IMG/VR virus record: IMGVR_UViG_3300029319_009044
Span: 1-64,000 of that record
DNA from: a virus
DNA: 64,000 bases
Reading direction: 5' to 3' (one strand)
Numbering within the stretch: the stretch's first letter is position 1; every line of letters begins with the position of its first letter. The translations under genes and the position numbers were made by a program. Of this stretch, positions 50,820 through 60,396 are shown piece after piece. A model generated the notes under the pieces. It had not been told where the DNA came from and did not search any database. It was given only the letters and a program-made list of their open reading frames with translations.

Positions 50820-52307
50820 ATGGCAAATATAACTATAGTAAAATTAAAAGTTAGACGCGGATCAGATGCGCAACGAAAAACTATTGTTTTAGATCAAGGA
50901 GAAATAGGTTATACTCTTGATACTAGGCGTTTATTTGTTGGTGATGGTTCAACTTTTGGAGGACAATCAGTAGGTACTAAAAATATAGGACCTTTCGCAA
51001 ATGTAGCAAGTTTAGGACCTGATAGCTCTCCAGGTATGCAAGTAGGAGATATAGGATATGCAGATAGTAAGTTATATATGCTTACATCTACTAATTATAA
51101 CGATTCGTTATCTGGTTATGCATATATAGGTAATTTACCCGATGATACATTTTTAGAATTTGATTCAAATAATAAACTTACTATTAGAAAAGAAGCCTTT
51201 AATGCAGAATTTTTTACTCCTACATTTTTTGGGGAAGGTTTATTATCTGCTGCAGGTGGTGTAGCTTCAGTTAACACTAATAGTGATTATTTTGAGATAT
51301 CAGCAAGCTCAATTACACCTGTAGCTAATTCGATTACCGAAAGAGAAATTAAAACTACAGCTTTATCTTCAGGATTAGTAGGCGGTAATAGTACTCCTTT
51401 AAAAGTTAATATTGACCCTGAACAATTTGAATTTGATGTAAATAGTAAAATTAAATTAAAATCTTTAGGAGCTACAACTATACCGGTATCGAGTTGGGCC
51501 GGTCAAGATGGTAATAACTTAGTAGGAAGTGGTTTATCTATTGATGCTATTACTAATAAACTTAAAACAGATTTAAGAACAGTTAATATCGATACATTTT
51601 CAGTATCTGATGGTAAATTATCTCTATTTGGAGCTACTTCTTCTGCTCAAGAATTTCCATTCTTAACTACAAAAGACGGGTTAATTAAAAAAATTCAAAC
51701 TTCTATTTATGATGTAGTAACTGGTACAGGAAGCAATACTAAGAGTGCTATACCTGTAGGAACTCTCTTACCTCATGCTAGAGCTTTTACTAATTCAGTA
51801 CCTGAAGGATTCTTACTTGCTAATGGTCGAAATTTAAGTCAAACTGAATATTCAGAACTTTATGATGTTATAGGTACTAGTTACGGTGCTGGGGATGGTT
51901 CTGGTAATACTTTTAGTCTACCTAACTTAACAGGCGGGGGCATGCCAGCCGTATTATATGGTGCAGGTGCTATAGCTCCTATAGCAGGAGATTTTACAGG
52001 TTCTCAAAAATTCTTAGATGGAGATACTAGTTCATCAGGTGCTATATTAAGCGGATTTGGTGTAAACTTTATAATAAAATATACTGAAGACCCTATTACA
52101 AATATCTTTAATGGAGCTCCTAATGCTGTATCTATTGAAGGAATAGGTAGAAATGATAACCAAGTATTTAAAGGTAAAGATCATACCGGTGCTACTGTTA
52201 GTTTAAGTTCTGCCGGTTTTATAACTTTTGCATTATCTGGAAATGTAAGGAATCCTGATAGTGATGGTGCATTTGATAAATTTGCAATTCCAATTTTTAA
52301 CTATTAA
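50820..52307 (+). CDS. tail fibre with Mtd-N-like anchor and tail-collar domain
   Basis: KVRRG.....L.QGE.GY..DT..LFVGDG; PVGT..P......P.GFLLANG..L...Y.ELY.VIGT.YG...F.LPNL. Confidence 0.75.
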   Translation: MANITIVKLKVRRGSDAQRKTIVLDQGEIGYTLDTRRLFVGDGSTFGGQSVGTKNIGPFANVASLGPDSSPGMQVGDIGYADSKLYMLTSTNYNDSLSGYAYIGNLPDDTFLEFDSNNKLTIRKEAFNAEFFTPTFFGEGLLSAAGGVASVNTNSDYFEISASSITPVANSITEREIKTTALSSGLVGGNSTPLKVNIDPEQFEFDVNSKIKLKSLGATTIPVSSWAGQDGNNLVGSGLSIDAITNKLKTDLRTVNIDTFSVSDGKLSLFGATSSAQEFPFLTTKDGLIKKIQTSIYDVVTGTGSNTKSAIPVGTLLPHARAFTNSVPEGFLLANGRNLSQTEYSELYDVIGTSYGAGDGSGNTFSLPNLTGGGMPAVLYGAGAIAPIAGDFTGSQKFLDGDTSSSGAILSGFGVNFIIKYTEDPITNIFNGAPNAVSIEGIGRNDNQVFKGKDHTGATVSLSSAGFITFALSGNVRNPDSDGAFDKFAIPIFNY

Positions 52308-52316
52308 ATATTAACA

Positions 52317-54020
52317 ATGTCGATAGAAATTTTAGAAAATACTTTAATTAAACTTCTAGTAAGAAGAGGTACTGATAATGATAGAGGTAATATCATTTTA
52401 GAAAGTGGTGAACTTGGATTTACTACTGATACCCAAGATTTATATATAGGTGATGGAGCTACTAAGGGAGGGTTAATCGTTGGTAACAAATATAAAGGAA
52501 AGGCAGGTAATGTTACATCTCTAGCTCCTTGTGTTACTGGAGATTATGCTTTTGAAACTGATACTAATACTCTTAAAATATTACAGGGGGGAACAGGATC
52601 TAATGCTACTGACTGGTTAAAAGTTGCTAACTTACTAAGTGCTGGTGATGGAACAATATCAATAGTAGATGATAAATCTATAAAAGTTGGAATTTTATCT
52701 TCTGGCAATTTTTCACCTGATTGTTTAGGAGATTCTCTACAAATACTATCTGATAAAATATCTTTAAGTTCTACAATAACTATAGATAGAATAAACCGGA
52801 AAACAACAACTGCTACTAGCTACTTAACTCTACCTTCAAAATTAAAGATAAACAGTATAGATTACGATTTCCCGAGTGTAGCACCTACTGATAATGCATT
52901 TTTAGGATCTAATTCGTCTGGTGTGTTAAATTGGTCTATTCCAGGTTTAGTTGAATCAGTAGTAGCACCTTCTACTGCTAGTGTTTTACCTGTAGGTACT
53001 ATTGTACCTTTTGCATCAGGTAGTGTTGCTGTGCCTTATGGCTGGTTAGAATGCGATGGAGCTGAATATGCAAGTAATTCTATATATTCAGATCTTTCAG
53101 CTGTTATACATACTGCTTATAATACTCCTGCTGCGACTGCAGATCATTTTAGAGTGCCTAATCTAAATGGTAAGGTGTTATATGGAACGTCTTTAGAAGA
53201 TCCAGCTACTAGTACATTAATGCCTGTAACTACAGCATCAAATACTAATACTTTTAGAAACCTTTCTGCTACAGGAATGAATTATATTATAAAAGCTATA
53301 GGTGGGGTTACTATTCCTACTTTTACTATAGGAAAGAACCTTTCAGCTTTTGTTACTACTCCTTCTGGATCTAAAAAGTATGATAAAACTGATACTGCTT
53401 TTAATCCGTTAAGCGGTTCAATTGAAATTGAAAGACCAGCTCCCGGACAAGTTGTATTTAATAACGCAGGTATTCAAACTGGAACTGATGGATTTACGTT
53501 TCCTGATGGTATACACCATGTAAAATATACTGTTACTGGTTCAGGTACAAAAGGAGGTGCTGCGCCTGGAGGTGCAGGAGCAACTGCTATTGGTTATCTT
53601 TCAGCTACTCCAGGAACAAACTTTACTATAGAAGTAGGTTCAGGATTCAATTCTGCTGACGCTCCTGTTAATGGTAATCAATCTGCTATTAGACTTACAG
53701 ACGGTACTGCTATAGTAACTGCTGAAGGAGGAATATATGAAGGTGATAAAGCACAAAATGCTGCAGAAAATCAATTACAAATTCCAACAGCTATTGCAAG
53801 TGGGGTTATTGATACTTCAAACGCTCATGTACTTAACGGTTATGTTATACAAGGAGGATCAGGATTAAATGATACTAGCAGCGGTGGTGATGAAGAATCA
53901 ATTGGTGCAGCTTCATATTTTGGAACTGCTCCTGCTCCAGGTGGAGGTCAAGCTAGTCATGATGGCAATCCTATAGGTCCTCCGCCAGGAAATGGTGTTG
54001 TAATTATAGAATGGTCGTAG
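52317..54020 (+). CDS. tail fibre with Mtd-N-like anchor, tail-collar domain and Gly-rich tip
   Basis: VRRG...GELGFTTDT..LYIGDG; PVGTIVPFA...PYGWLECDG...FRVPNL; ends G.GVVIIEW. Confidence 0.75.
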   Translation: MSIEILENTLIKLLVRRGTDNDRGNIILESGELGFTTDTQDLYIGDGATKGGLIVGNKYKGKAGNVTSLAPCVTGDYAFETDTNTLKILQGGTGSNATDWLKVANLLSAGDGTISIVDDKSIKVGILSSGNFSPDCLGDSLQILSDKISLSSTITIDRINRKTTTATSYLTLPSKLKINSIDYDFPSVAPTDNAFLGSNSSGVLNWSIPGLVESVVAPSTASVLPVGTIVPFASGSVAVPYGWLECDGAEYASNSIYSDLSAVIHTAYNTPAATADHFRVPNLNGKVLYGTSLEDPATSTLMPVTTASNTNTFRNLSATGMNYIIKAIGGVTIPTFTIGKNLSAFVTTPSGSKKYDKTDTAFNPLSGSIEIERPAPGQVVFNNAGIQTGTDGFTFPDGIHHVKYTVTGSGTKGGAAPGGAGATAIGYLSATPGTNFTIEVGSGFNSADAPVNGNQSAIRLTDGTAIVTAEGGIYEGDKAQNAAENQLQIPTAIASGVIDTSNAHVLNGYVIQGGSGLNDTSSGGDEESIGAASYFGTAPAPGGGQASHDGNPIGPPPGNGVVIIEWS

Positions 54021-54052
54021 TTGCTTTTAATTTACTTTAATATAACTAAAGT

Positions 54053-54217
54053 ATGGAAGAAGTTATAGTAGAAGGTTTAGATTACGAAGATTTTGTTACA
54101 ATTAAAAATATACTAATAAACAATACCTCTTTTAAGTGTAATGAAAAAGATTTATTATCTAACAATCTTATAATTTTAGAAAAAATAGAAAAAATTATTG
54201 AGGTATTCAATGAATAA
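54053..54217 (+). CDS. hypothetical protein, 54 aa (MEEVIVEGLDYEDF...), below the ORF-track cutoff
   Basis: Manual translation; fills the gap between neighbours. Confidence 0.55.
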   Translation: MEEVIVEGLDYEDFVTIKNILINNTSFKCNEKDLLSNNLIILEKIEKIIEVFNE

Positions 54218-54225
54218 ATACTTGT

Positions 54226-54438
54226 ATGAATGCAAGTGTCTGGAAAGGTTGTTCTTTATGTGAAGAATTTTCAGACTATGTTTTGTATGATGATTTAAAT
54301 GATAGTATTCTCGTAAATATACATGAGGATTACTTAAAAATTATTAGGAAAGAATTAATGAAAATAGGATACTACTTAGTGTTTAAAACTAAGCTTGAGA
54401 TAACTAATTCCTATACCTGTACTTTTATAAAGGGTTGA
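54226..54438 (+). CDS. small hypothetical protein
   Basis: TAAATA-N5-ATG; CxxC near the N-terminus. Confidence 0.55.
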   Translation: MNASVWKGCSLCEEFSDYVLYDDLNDSILVNIHEDYLKIIRKELMKIGYYLVFKTKLEITNSYTCTFIKG

Positions 54439-54455
54439 GTAATTAAATATAATTA

Positions 54456-55322
54456 ATGGGCTTTCCAGTTGACATAAAACTACCTGATCAAGCGAGATAT
54501 TATACTTTTATAGAAACTAGTAAAAGATTTAATTCTAACTATGATATTACATGGTCTTTTGAGTATAAGCTTCCTGAAACAAGTATACCTAATAATAATA
54601 ATTATGAACTAGGATTTAGTACTTTTATTACTAATTTATCTGCTCCTTTATCTTCATTACCGGGTCAATATATTGGTGATCAAGATCCTGGTGTGAGCTT
54701 GTCAGCAGTAGCTCTTCTTACAGAAGGAGCAGCACCTGAACTCTTAAGAACACAAAGTGATGATACTTTGGTTTATGATGGAGGTACACTTAGTGGCTCT
54801 ATTGTAAAAATAGCTTTTGATTCAACCGGAAGATATGCACTTTCAGCTAGAGATGATAGACCAGGGGTAACTGAAGCTGAAATAAATAGGCAGTCTTTAG
54901 TAGTAAGAGATTATCAATTGAATGTAAGAGCAAATTCACCTCTTTCTACTATATCTAATGTTTTTAGTACGTTATCAACTAATACATTTAGAACGTTAAG
55001 ATTTAGGTATGTAAATTTAGGTCAAAAAGTACATATTGATTTTAGAGAAAGCGATACTACTGAATTTACCTTACTAACTACTATAAACATCGAACCAAGA
55101 TTAACTGGTTTAGATAATTTAGAGAATTTTTATTGTGGTTTCTCGCTTTCAACTCCAATTTCAACAACTGATACGGGGCTATCTGCTAGAGATTTCTTTT
55201 TACGTAATTTTAATGTAGAAGGGTATGTAGGAACAGAAGTTCTCACTGAAACTGTCATGACCCCTCCGTTATCTGTTAATTCTAATATACAGTATACTAC
55301 TGTAACTAATATAACCGCATAA
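54456..55322 (+). CDS. virion protein, possible ConA/legume-lectin-like fold
   Basis: Beta-strand pattern, IAFDS.G, LRFRY...V.ID; late promoter. Confidence 0.45.
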   Translation: MGFPVDIKLPDQARYYTFIETSKRFNSNYDITWSFEYKLPETSIPNNNNYELGFSTFITNLSAPLSSLPGQYIGDQDPGVSLSAVALLTEGAAPELLRTQSDDTLVYDGGTLSGSIVKIAFDSTGRYALSARDDRPGVTEAEINRQSLVVRDYQLNVRANSPLSTISNVFSTLSTNTFRTLRFRYVNLGQKVHIDFRESDTTEFTLLTTINIEPRLTGLDNLENFYCGFSLSTPISTTDTGLSARDFFLRNFNVEGYVGTEVLTETVMTPPLSVNSNIQYTTVTNITA

Positions 55323-58300
55323 TGAATATATCTAAACTAAATGTTCTAAATATAGAAACTAAAAATACACAACTACCTAAATTAGGAGGTGGTGGTGTTG
55401 AAGGATCATATTCTCAAGCAGAAGGTACAGTATTCGTTTCAAAGATAGAAGTAGATAAATTTTATTATCCAGAATTAAGTTATCAAATATTTGATAATAA
55501 TGGAGATACTGATGCTTTTGGAGATCCGTTAATAAGCTTTAGTGGTAATACTCACTTAACTGATATTGAAGGTAAATATTTTATAATTGTTGAACAAACT
55601 TTAGAAGGTATAGCTGATCCTAATAATGGTAGTATGAATTTTACTCTTCAGTTTACTAATGCAGAAGAGGATATAGGTATACCTTTAAACGTTTCTTTAA
55701 TAGTAACTAATGAAGAGGGTGATGTATCAGGTGTAAGTACAACTCCTCAAGTTGGTACATGTCCTTCAAGTACATGTCCTCCGAGTATATGTCCATCTAT
55801 ACAAAGACCAGAACTAAGTGTAAACGTAGAAGAGGTAGTACCTATACAAAGACCTGAATTAACTACTTATGTTGAAGAGGTAGTACCTATACAAAGATCA
55901 GAACAAAGTGTAAATGTAGAACAAGTAGTACCTATACAAAGACCAGAACTAAGTGTAAACGTAGAAGAAGTAGTACCTATACAAAGATCAGAACAAAGTG
56001 TAAATGTAGAGGGTGTTGTTCCTATACAAAGACCTGAACTAACTACATGTGTTTTAAGTGATTTAAGAGTAGTAAGTACTACAAAGGTTCCAGAACCTAC
56101 AGTAAATGTTAATAAAGATTGTGCTGGTGTCATTAGTTGTGTTGAGAAACCAGGAGCCGGCTGTAGACAAACTGTTGATGAAACTGCGGTGCCAAGGTTA
56201 GGTGATTGTGATTATCAAGAGCCAACTGCTATTACTGAAGAGGAGTATCTAGGCATAGTTGAAGATGAACCAACTATAGTTACAGAGACTGAAGAATCCA
56301 CTGCTACTACAGAAGAGGAGTATTTAGGTATAGAGACTGAAAGGGAAGAAATAGTTACTAATGTAAATAGAGTAATACCAATATCTACTACAGAAGAATC
56401 CACTGCTACTACAGAAGAGGAGTATTTAGGTATAGTAGAAGATGAACCTTCCTTTATTGAAGAAGAAATAGTTCCTGAGGAATCACAATCAATAATTATA
56501 GATCCTATTAATGTTGCTACAGGTCAAGAGTTAAAGGACGCACTAGGTAAGGCACCTATTATTAATATAGTAAGTGACATAACTCTTACTGAATTTTTAT
56601 ATATTCCTGGTAATACTACTATTAGAGGTATTAATAATCCTAGAGTACTATCAACAGCAGGTGCAGCTTTTAACATTAGAGAAGATAACATTACTTTAAC
56701 AGGATTTACTTTAGCTAATGCAGATGGTAATAACGGTTATGGAATAGAGATTGGTAGAAAAGGGGGAAGAGCTAGTTTAAATGCACCGAAAAATATTATT
56801 ATTGACTCTTTGACGTTCGATGGTATAGCTGGATCCACTGATAAAGCTACTGCTATAAATGTTTCAGGTTATCAATTCGTAAGTACATTAGTTGAACCAT
56901 TTAGAACAGTTCCTGGATTATTAGAAGGAGCTAGTTTAATAAAAAATGTAAAAATAACAAATAACATTTTTAAAAATATTCCTAATACTGCTTTAGAGAT
57001 ATGGAACGCAGAAGATGTAGTAGTTGATTCTAATATATTTGAAACTACTCGAGGTACCCATACAACAAGAGGTAATGCTGTAAGAGCTAATTCGTTAGTA
57101 AATGCAAGATTTACTAGTAATACGTTGAAAGATATAGGAAGATCTGGTATAGAAATTACCGGTAATGGTACTGTAGGTGTATTAGTACAAGATAATAAAA
57201 TTGAAAAGTTTGGTACACAAACCAATTTAGTTCGCACTTTTACTTCTGGTATTACTATAGTACAAGGTGCTAATGAAGTTACAATTAAAGATAATACTAT
57301 AGAAGGTAGTGGTAAAGGTGGTGGTATTGAAATGGCTCAAAACTCTTCTAACTTTCTAATAGAAAATAATACAATATCTAACGTAAACAAAGGTATATCT
57401 ATTTCAGCTCATGTTGATTCATTTAATGTTAAAAATAATATTATAAATTACTTACAATATGGTATTCAAACTTATCAAGCTTGGAATGGTAGAATAAATT
57501 CAAATATATTAACCCAGCCTGATTCACCCGAAGTAGCCAATCCTGCAATATCAATAGAACAGAGTAATGGCATAGTTGTAGTCTTGAATACGATCAATGG
57601 TGATTTTTATGAAAGTAATGATGAGAAGGCAATATTAGTTTATGCTAATTACCCAACTCAGGAATCAAAATTACTCTACGCTGGTGGTACAAGAGAAAAT
57701 AGATTAGCTATGTTAGATTATGCTAGAGGTATACCTAATATATATGATCAAGTTTATAAGCCAGCAGCTTCAAAAGTAGATGATGTTATAGCTAATACTT
57801 TAGAAAATAACATAGTAAACGGAGATCCAGATAGCAGGGTTTTTTTTTCTCAAAGTAGCAGAGTAGTTTTACCTAGTGGAGTAGCTGGTACTACTGGAAG
57901 GAAAGAATTTGAAGTTTTAGTTCTTGAGCAAAAAGAAATTATAGAAATAATAGATACTTCTTTTAATACTGCTGTAATAAATGATACCGGTACGTGTCAA
58001 ACAATACAAGAAGTAATAGTTGATAACCAAAATGTTACTCCACCTGAAGAAGATACATCAACAGTACTAATTGAGGAGGATAAAATTAATAATACTGTAA
58101 CGTTTACTACTGTTGAGACAGTTGAAACTGTAAATAAAGATGATCTCAATATAGTAACCGTAGATGTTGATCCAACATTAGGTTTTTGTTCAACTAATAC
58201 TGAAGAAACACCTGAATTACCAACAACAACTTGCACAAATTTACTCGTTAATTGTGTGAATATAAAAAATTGTGGTTCTTTATGTACAACTACAACACCA

Positions 58301-59317
58301 GTAAGAAATCCTGAAACTACATGCCAGGTAGATACTACAATTACATTTAATAATGATACAACATGCTCAACTGGTTCAACTTGTGAAGTAGATAGAACTA
58401 TTACAGTTGATACATGTGAAGTCAAAACTTGTGATACTATATGTATACCAGGTACTTGTGTTACCGGACCAACTTTATGTAATACTATAGATATTTGCGA
58501 AACACCAACAGTTGTTGTTGATACTATCGATAATCTCTTTGGAACAGATATAGAGACGGAGACTACTACTACTTGTAACCCCCCTATAATAGTTGATCAA
58601 GGTACATGTATTGATGTATGTGCTCCCGGGCCAACAACTTGTCTACCTCCTTTAACTACTGATATATGTGACACTGATAGACCTATAGTTTGTCTACCTG
58701 GTCCGTTTGATATAATTACAGATACTGAAATTAGCTTACCGGGACCAACAACTGATATACCAGATATTACTACTATACCTGAGCCTACAACTTGTATACC
58801 AACGCCAACTGGTGGTTGCTGTCCTCCTACAGAAACTGTAACATGTGTACCTAGGCGTATATGTATACCTGGACCAATTACTCCGCCTGTAGAAATTATT
58901 CCACCACCTGTTATAGTTGACCCACCGATTACCTTTCCACCGCCTATTATTTTTACACCACCACCAGAAATACCTCCATTTATTCCTGCAGACTGTGGTA
59001 AGCCTCCTATACCTAGAGTAGGTGTTCCAGTAGGTGAAGATCCTATCGTTCCTGTTGAAGATGCACCTGAGCCAGAAGTACAACCACCAGTTATTGAAGC
59101 TCCTGTATTACTTTATCCAGCTCCTGTTCTACCATTAACCCAACCGTTTCTAAGTAATATTAATTTTAATACTAATATAACTAAAAAAACTCCTACTCCA
59201 TACTCTTTTGAGGAAGAAGAAACTTCTACCACTATCGATAGACCAACGCCAGAGGATACAGCTTTAAAACAACAGTTATGTGATGACGAAGAAGATTGTG
59301 ATACTTTAGGATTTTAA
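55322..59317 (+). CDS. 1331-aa modular protein: repeats, right-handed beta-helix (pectin-lyase-like), Cys/Thr-rich and Pro-rich stalk
   Basis: PbH1-like I.NN.I/GI.I repeats at about 56500-57620; TTC/DTC repeats; poly-Pro. Confidence 0.65.
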   Translation: MNISKLNVLNIETKNTQLPKLGGGGVEGSYSQAEGTVFVSKIEVDKFYYPELSYQIFDNNGDTDAFGDPLISFSGNTHLTDIEGKYFIIVEQTLEGIADPNNGSMNFTLQFTNAEEDIGIPLNVSLIVTNEEGDVSGVSTTPQVGTCPSSTCPPSICPSIQRPELSVNVEEVVPIQRPELTTYVEEVVPIQRSEQSVNVEQVVPIQRPELSVNVEEVVPIQRSEQSVNVEGVVPIQRPELTTCVLSDLRVVSTTKVPEPTVNVNKDCAGVISCVEKPGAGCRQTVDETAVPRLGDCDYQEPTAITEEEYLGIVEDEPTIVTETEESTATTEEEYLGIETEREEIVTNVNRVIPISTTEESTATTEEEYLGIVEDEPSFIEEEIVPEESQSIIIDPINVATGQELKDALGKAPIINIVSDITLTEFLYIPGNTTIRGINNPRVLSTAGAAFNIREDNITLTGFTLANADGNNGYGIEIGRKGGRASLNAPKNIIIDSLTFDGIAGSTDKATAINVSGYQFVSTLVEPFRTVPGLLEGASLIKNVKITNNIFKNIPNTALEIWNAEDVVVDSNIFETTRGTHTTRGNAVRANSLVNARFTSNTLKDIGRSGIEITGNGTVGVLVQDNKIEKFGTQTNLVRTFTSGITIVQGANEVTIKDNTIEGSGKGGGIEMAQNSSNFLIENNTISNVNKGISISAHVDSFNVKNNIINYLQYGIQTYQAWNGRINSNILTQPDSPEVANPAISIEQSNGIVVVLNTINGDFYESNDEKAILVYANYPTQESKLLYAGGTRENRLAMLDYARGIPNIYDQVYKPAASKVDDVIANTLENNIVNGDPDSRVFFSQSSRVVLPSGVAGTTGRKEFEVLVLEQKEIIEIIDTSFNTAVINDTGTCQTIQEVIVDNQNVTPPEEDTSTVLIEEDKINNTVTFTTVETVETVNKDDLNIVTVDVDPTLGFCSTNTEETPELPTTTCTNLLVNCVNIKNCGSLCTTTTPVRNPETTCQVDTTITFNNDTTCSTGSTCEVDRTITVDTCEVKTCDTICIPGTCVTGPTLCNTIDICETPTVVVDTIDNLFGTDIETETTTTCNPPIIVDQGTCIDVCAPGPTTCLPPLTTDICDTDRPIVCLPGPFDIITDTEISLPGPTTDIPDITTIPEPTTCIPTPTGGCCPPTETVTCVPRRICIPGPITPPVEIIPPPVIVDPPITFPPPIIFTPPPEIPPFIPADCGKPPIPRVGVPVGEDPIVPVEDAPEPEVQPPVIEAPVLLYPAPVLPLTQPFLSNINFNTNITKKTPTPYSFEEEETSTTIDRPTPEDTALKQQLCDDEEDCDTLGF
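55795..56050 (+). repeat. six 45-bp tandem units (VVPIQR[PS]E[LQ]xxxVEE)
   Basis: ctatacaaaga recurs every 45 nt. Confidence 0.9.
56232..56450 (+). repeat. three dispersed copies encoding TEEEYLGI; two share 43 identical nt
   Basis: gaagaatccactgctactacagaagaggagtatttaggtatag at about 56291 and 56393. Confidence 0.85.
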
Positions 59318-59550
59318 ATATTACCTAGAGAAGACTCTACTTTAAGATCATGCTTCATAGAGTGAAATCTTTCGTCAATATACTTTTGAAACGCAAGAGG
59401 TTTTATCCATTTATCATTAGTTGTATTAACATCCTCTTTACTATCAACTACTTGTAAAGCTTCAATTAAACAGCACCATCTAACTAATTCATCGAACTCC
59501 ATAGTCTTAGTAGTACCATCTTTTAAATTAAAAGTATATTTTTTATTCAT
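59314..59550 (-). CDS. hypothetical protein
   Basis: ORF with GGAACT-N4-TATAAT-N5-ATG. Confidence 0.65.
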   Translation of the reverse strand: MNKKYTFNLKDGTTKTMEFDELVRWCCLIEALQVVDSKEDVNTTNDKWIKPLAFQKYIDERFHSMKHDLKVESSLGNI

Positions 59551-59571
59551 ATATAATTATATTATAGTTCC
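59551..59571 (-). promoter_or_regulatory. GGAACT-N4-TATAAT promoter (leaderless)
   Basis: Minus strand GGAACT ataa TATAAT tatat ATG, embedded in the end of the upstream gene. Confidence 0.6.
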
Positions 59572-60011
59572 GTTCCCGGCTTATATTCAGAAGTAATTTT
59601 TATATCTTCTTGTTTATCCTCTTTTTTAAGCTCAACATTTTGTTCAGTATATAAAGGCTGTGTGAGTAAAGTTGGTGTAACGGAAAATTCTATTCTAAAT
59701 TCATTATTGCATTGTTCACATATATATGTTTCTTCTAAGTTATAAAATAGGTTTGTAGTATGAATATAGTTACCACAGGGGCAGGGTATTTTTGCTTCGC
59801 TTAAACTTAAAAGCTGATCTAGTTCTTGCTCAAAATCATTAGTAAGGGTTTGTACTTGGTTAATTTTAGAAGATCTATAGACAAAAGCTACTACAAACTG
59901 AATAACAAATGTAAGTGCAAACGTTTCCCAAAAACCTATTAAATTTTTTAAACCAAAACTAAAACCTAGGGATACTAATAAAGTAATTATAATAGACCTC
60001 AAAAGAGTCAT
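59562..60011 (-). CDS. two-TM membrane protein with zinc ribbon
   Basis: Two N-terminal hydrophobic helices; CPCG...CEQC. Confidence 0.6.
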   Translation of the reverse strand: MTLLRSIIITLLVSLGFSFGLKNLIGFWETFALTFVIQFVVAFVYRSSKINQVQTLTNDFEQELDQLLSLSEAKIPCPCGNYIHTTNLFYNLEETYICEQCNNEFRIEFSVTPTLLTQPLYTEQNVELKKEDKQEDIKITSEYKPGTEL

Positions 60012-60364
60012 ATAGCTATTTTAGCTAGATCTTCTGGAATATCAAGTACTAATTCGTTTATCTTATCAATTTTATTGTTAATATTGTCTATTGCTCCTTT
60101 ATTTATACCTTTATGTGGTAACTCAGTTGGACCTTCTATAGGTTGATTTTTTATACGAGATAACATATTTCTTAATTCAGCTAAAGATACAAATACATTA
60201 CCAAGCATTTCATTCATTACATTAAAATCATAAGGTAGTATAGGTGGTGCTTTTTGATGTTTTTCATCTTCTTTATATTTCATTTCTTGTCCACTAGTCG
60301 ACATTTTATAATTAACAGGCGTGTCATCTTTATTAACACTATAAGGAAATTCCGCTCCATTCAT
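60008..60364 (-). CDS. hypothetical protein
   Basis: TAAATA-N6-ATG. Confidence 0.6.
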   Translation of the reverse strand: MNGAEFPYSVNKDDTPVNYKMSTSGQEMKYKEDEKHQKAPPILPYDFNVMNEMLGNVFVSLAELRNMLSRIKNQPIEGPTELPHKGINKGAIDNINNKIDKINELVLDIPEDLAKIAI

Positions 60365-60396
60365 GTAATTATTTATGCTAGAGAATAAATATTTTT
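60362..60396. promoter_or_regulatory. back-to-back TAAATA late promoters
   Basis: Same 18-mer and same start-to-start spacing as 18084-18118. Confidence 0.7.

Noticed and set aside
50820-54020. Diversity-generating retroelement suggested by Mtd-N-like domains
   Set aside because: No reverse transcriptase and no TR/VR repeat pair with A-specific mismatches seen in the window; Mtd-N is a generic fibre anchor
55795-56050. CRISPR-like array
   Set aside because: The 45-bp units are in-frame coding repeats with no unique spacers
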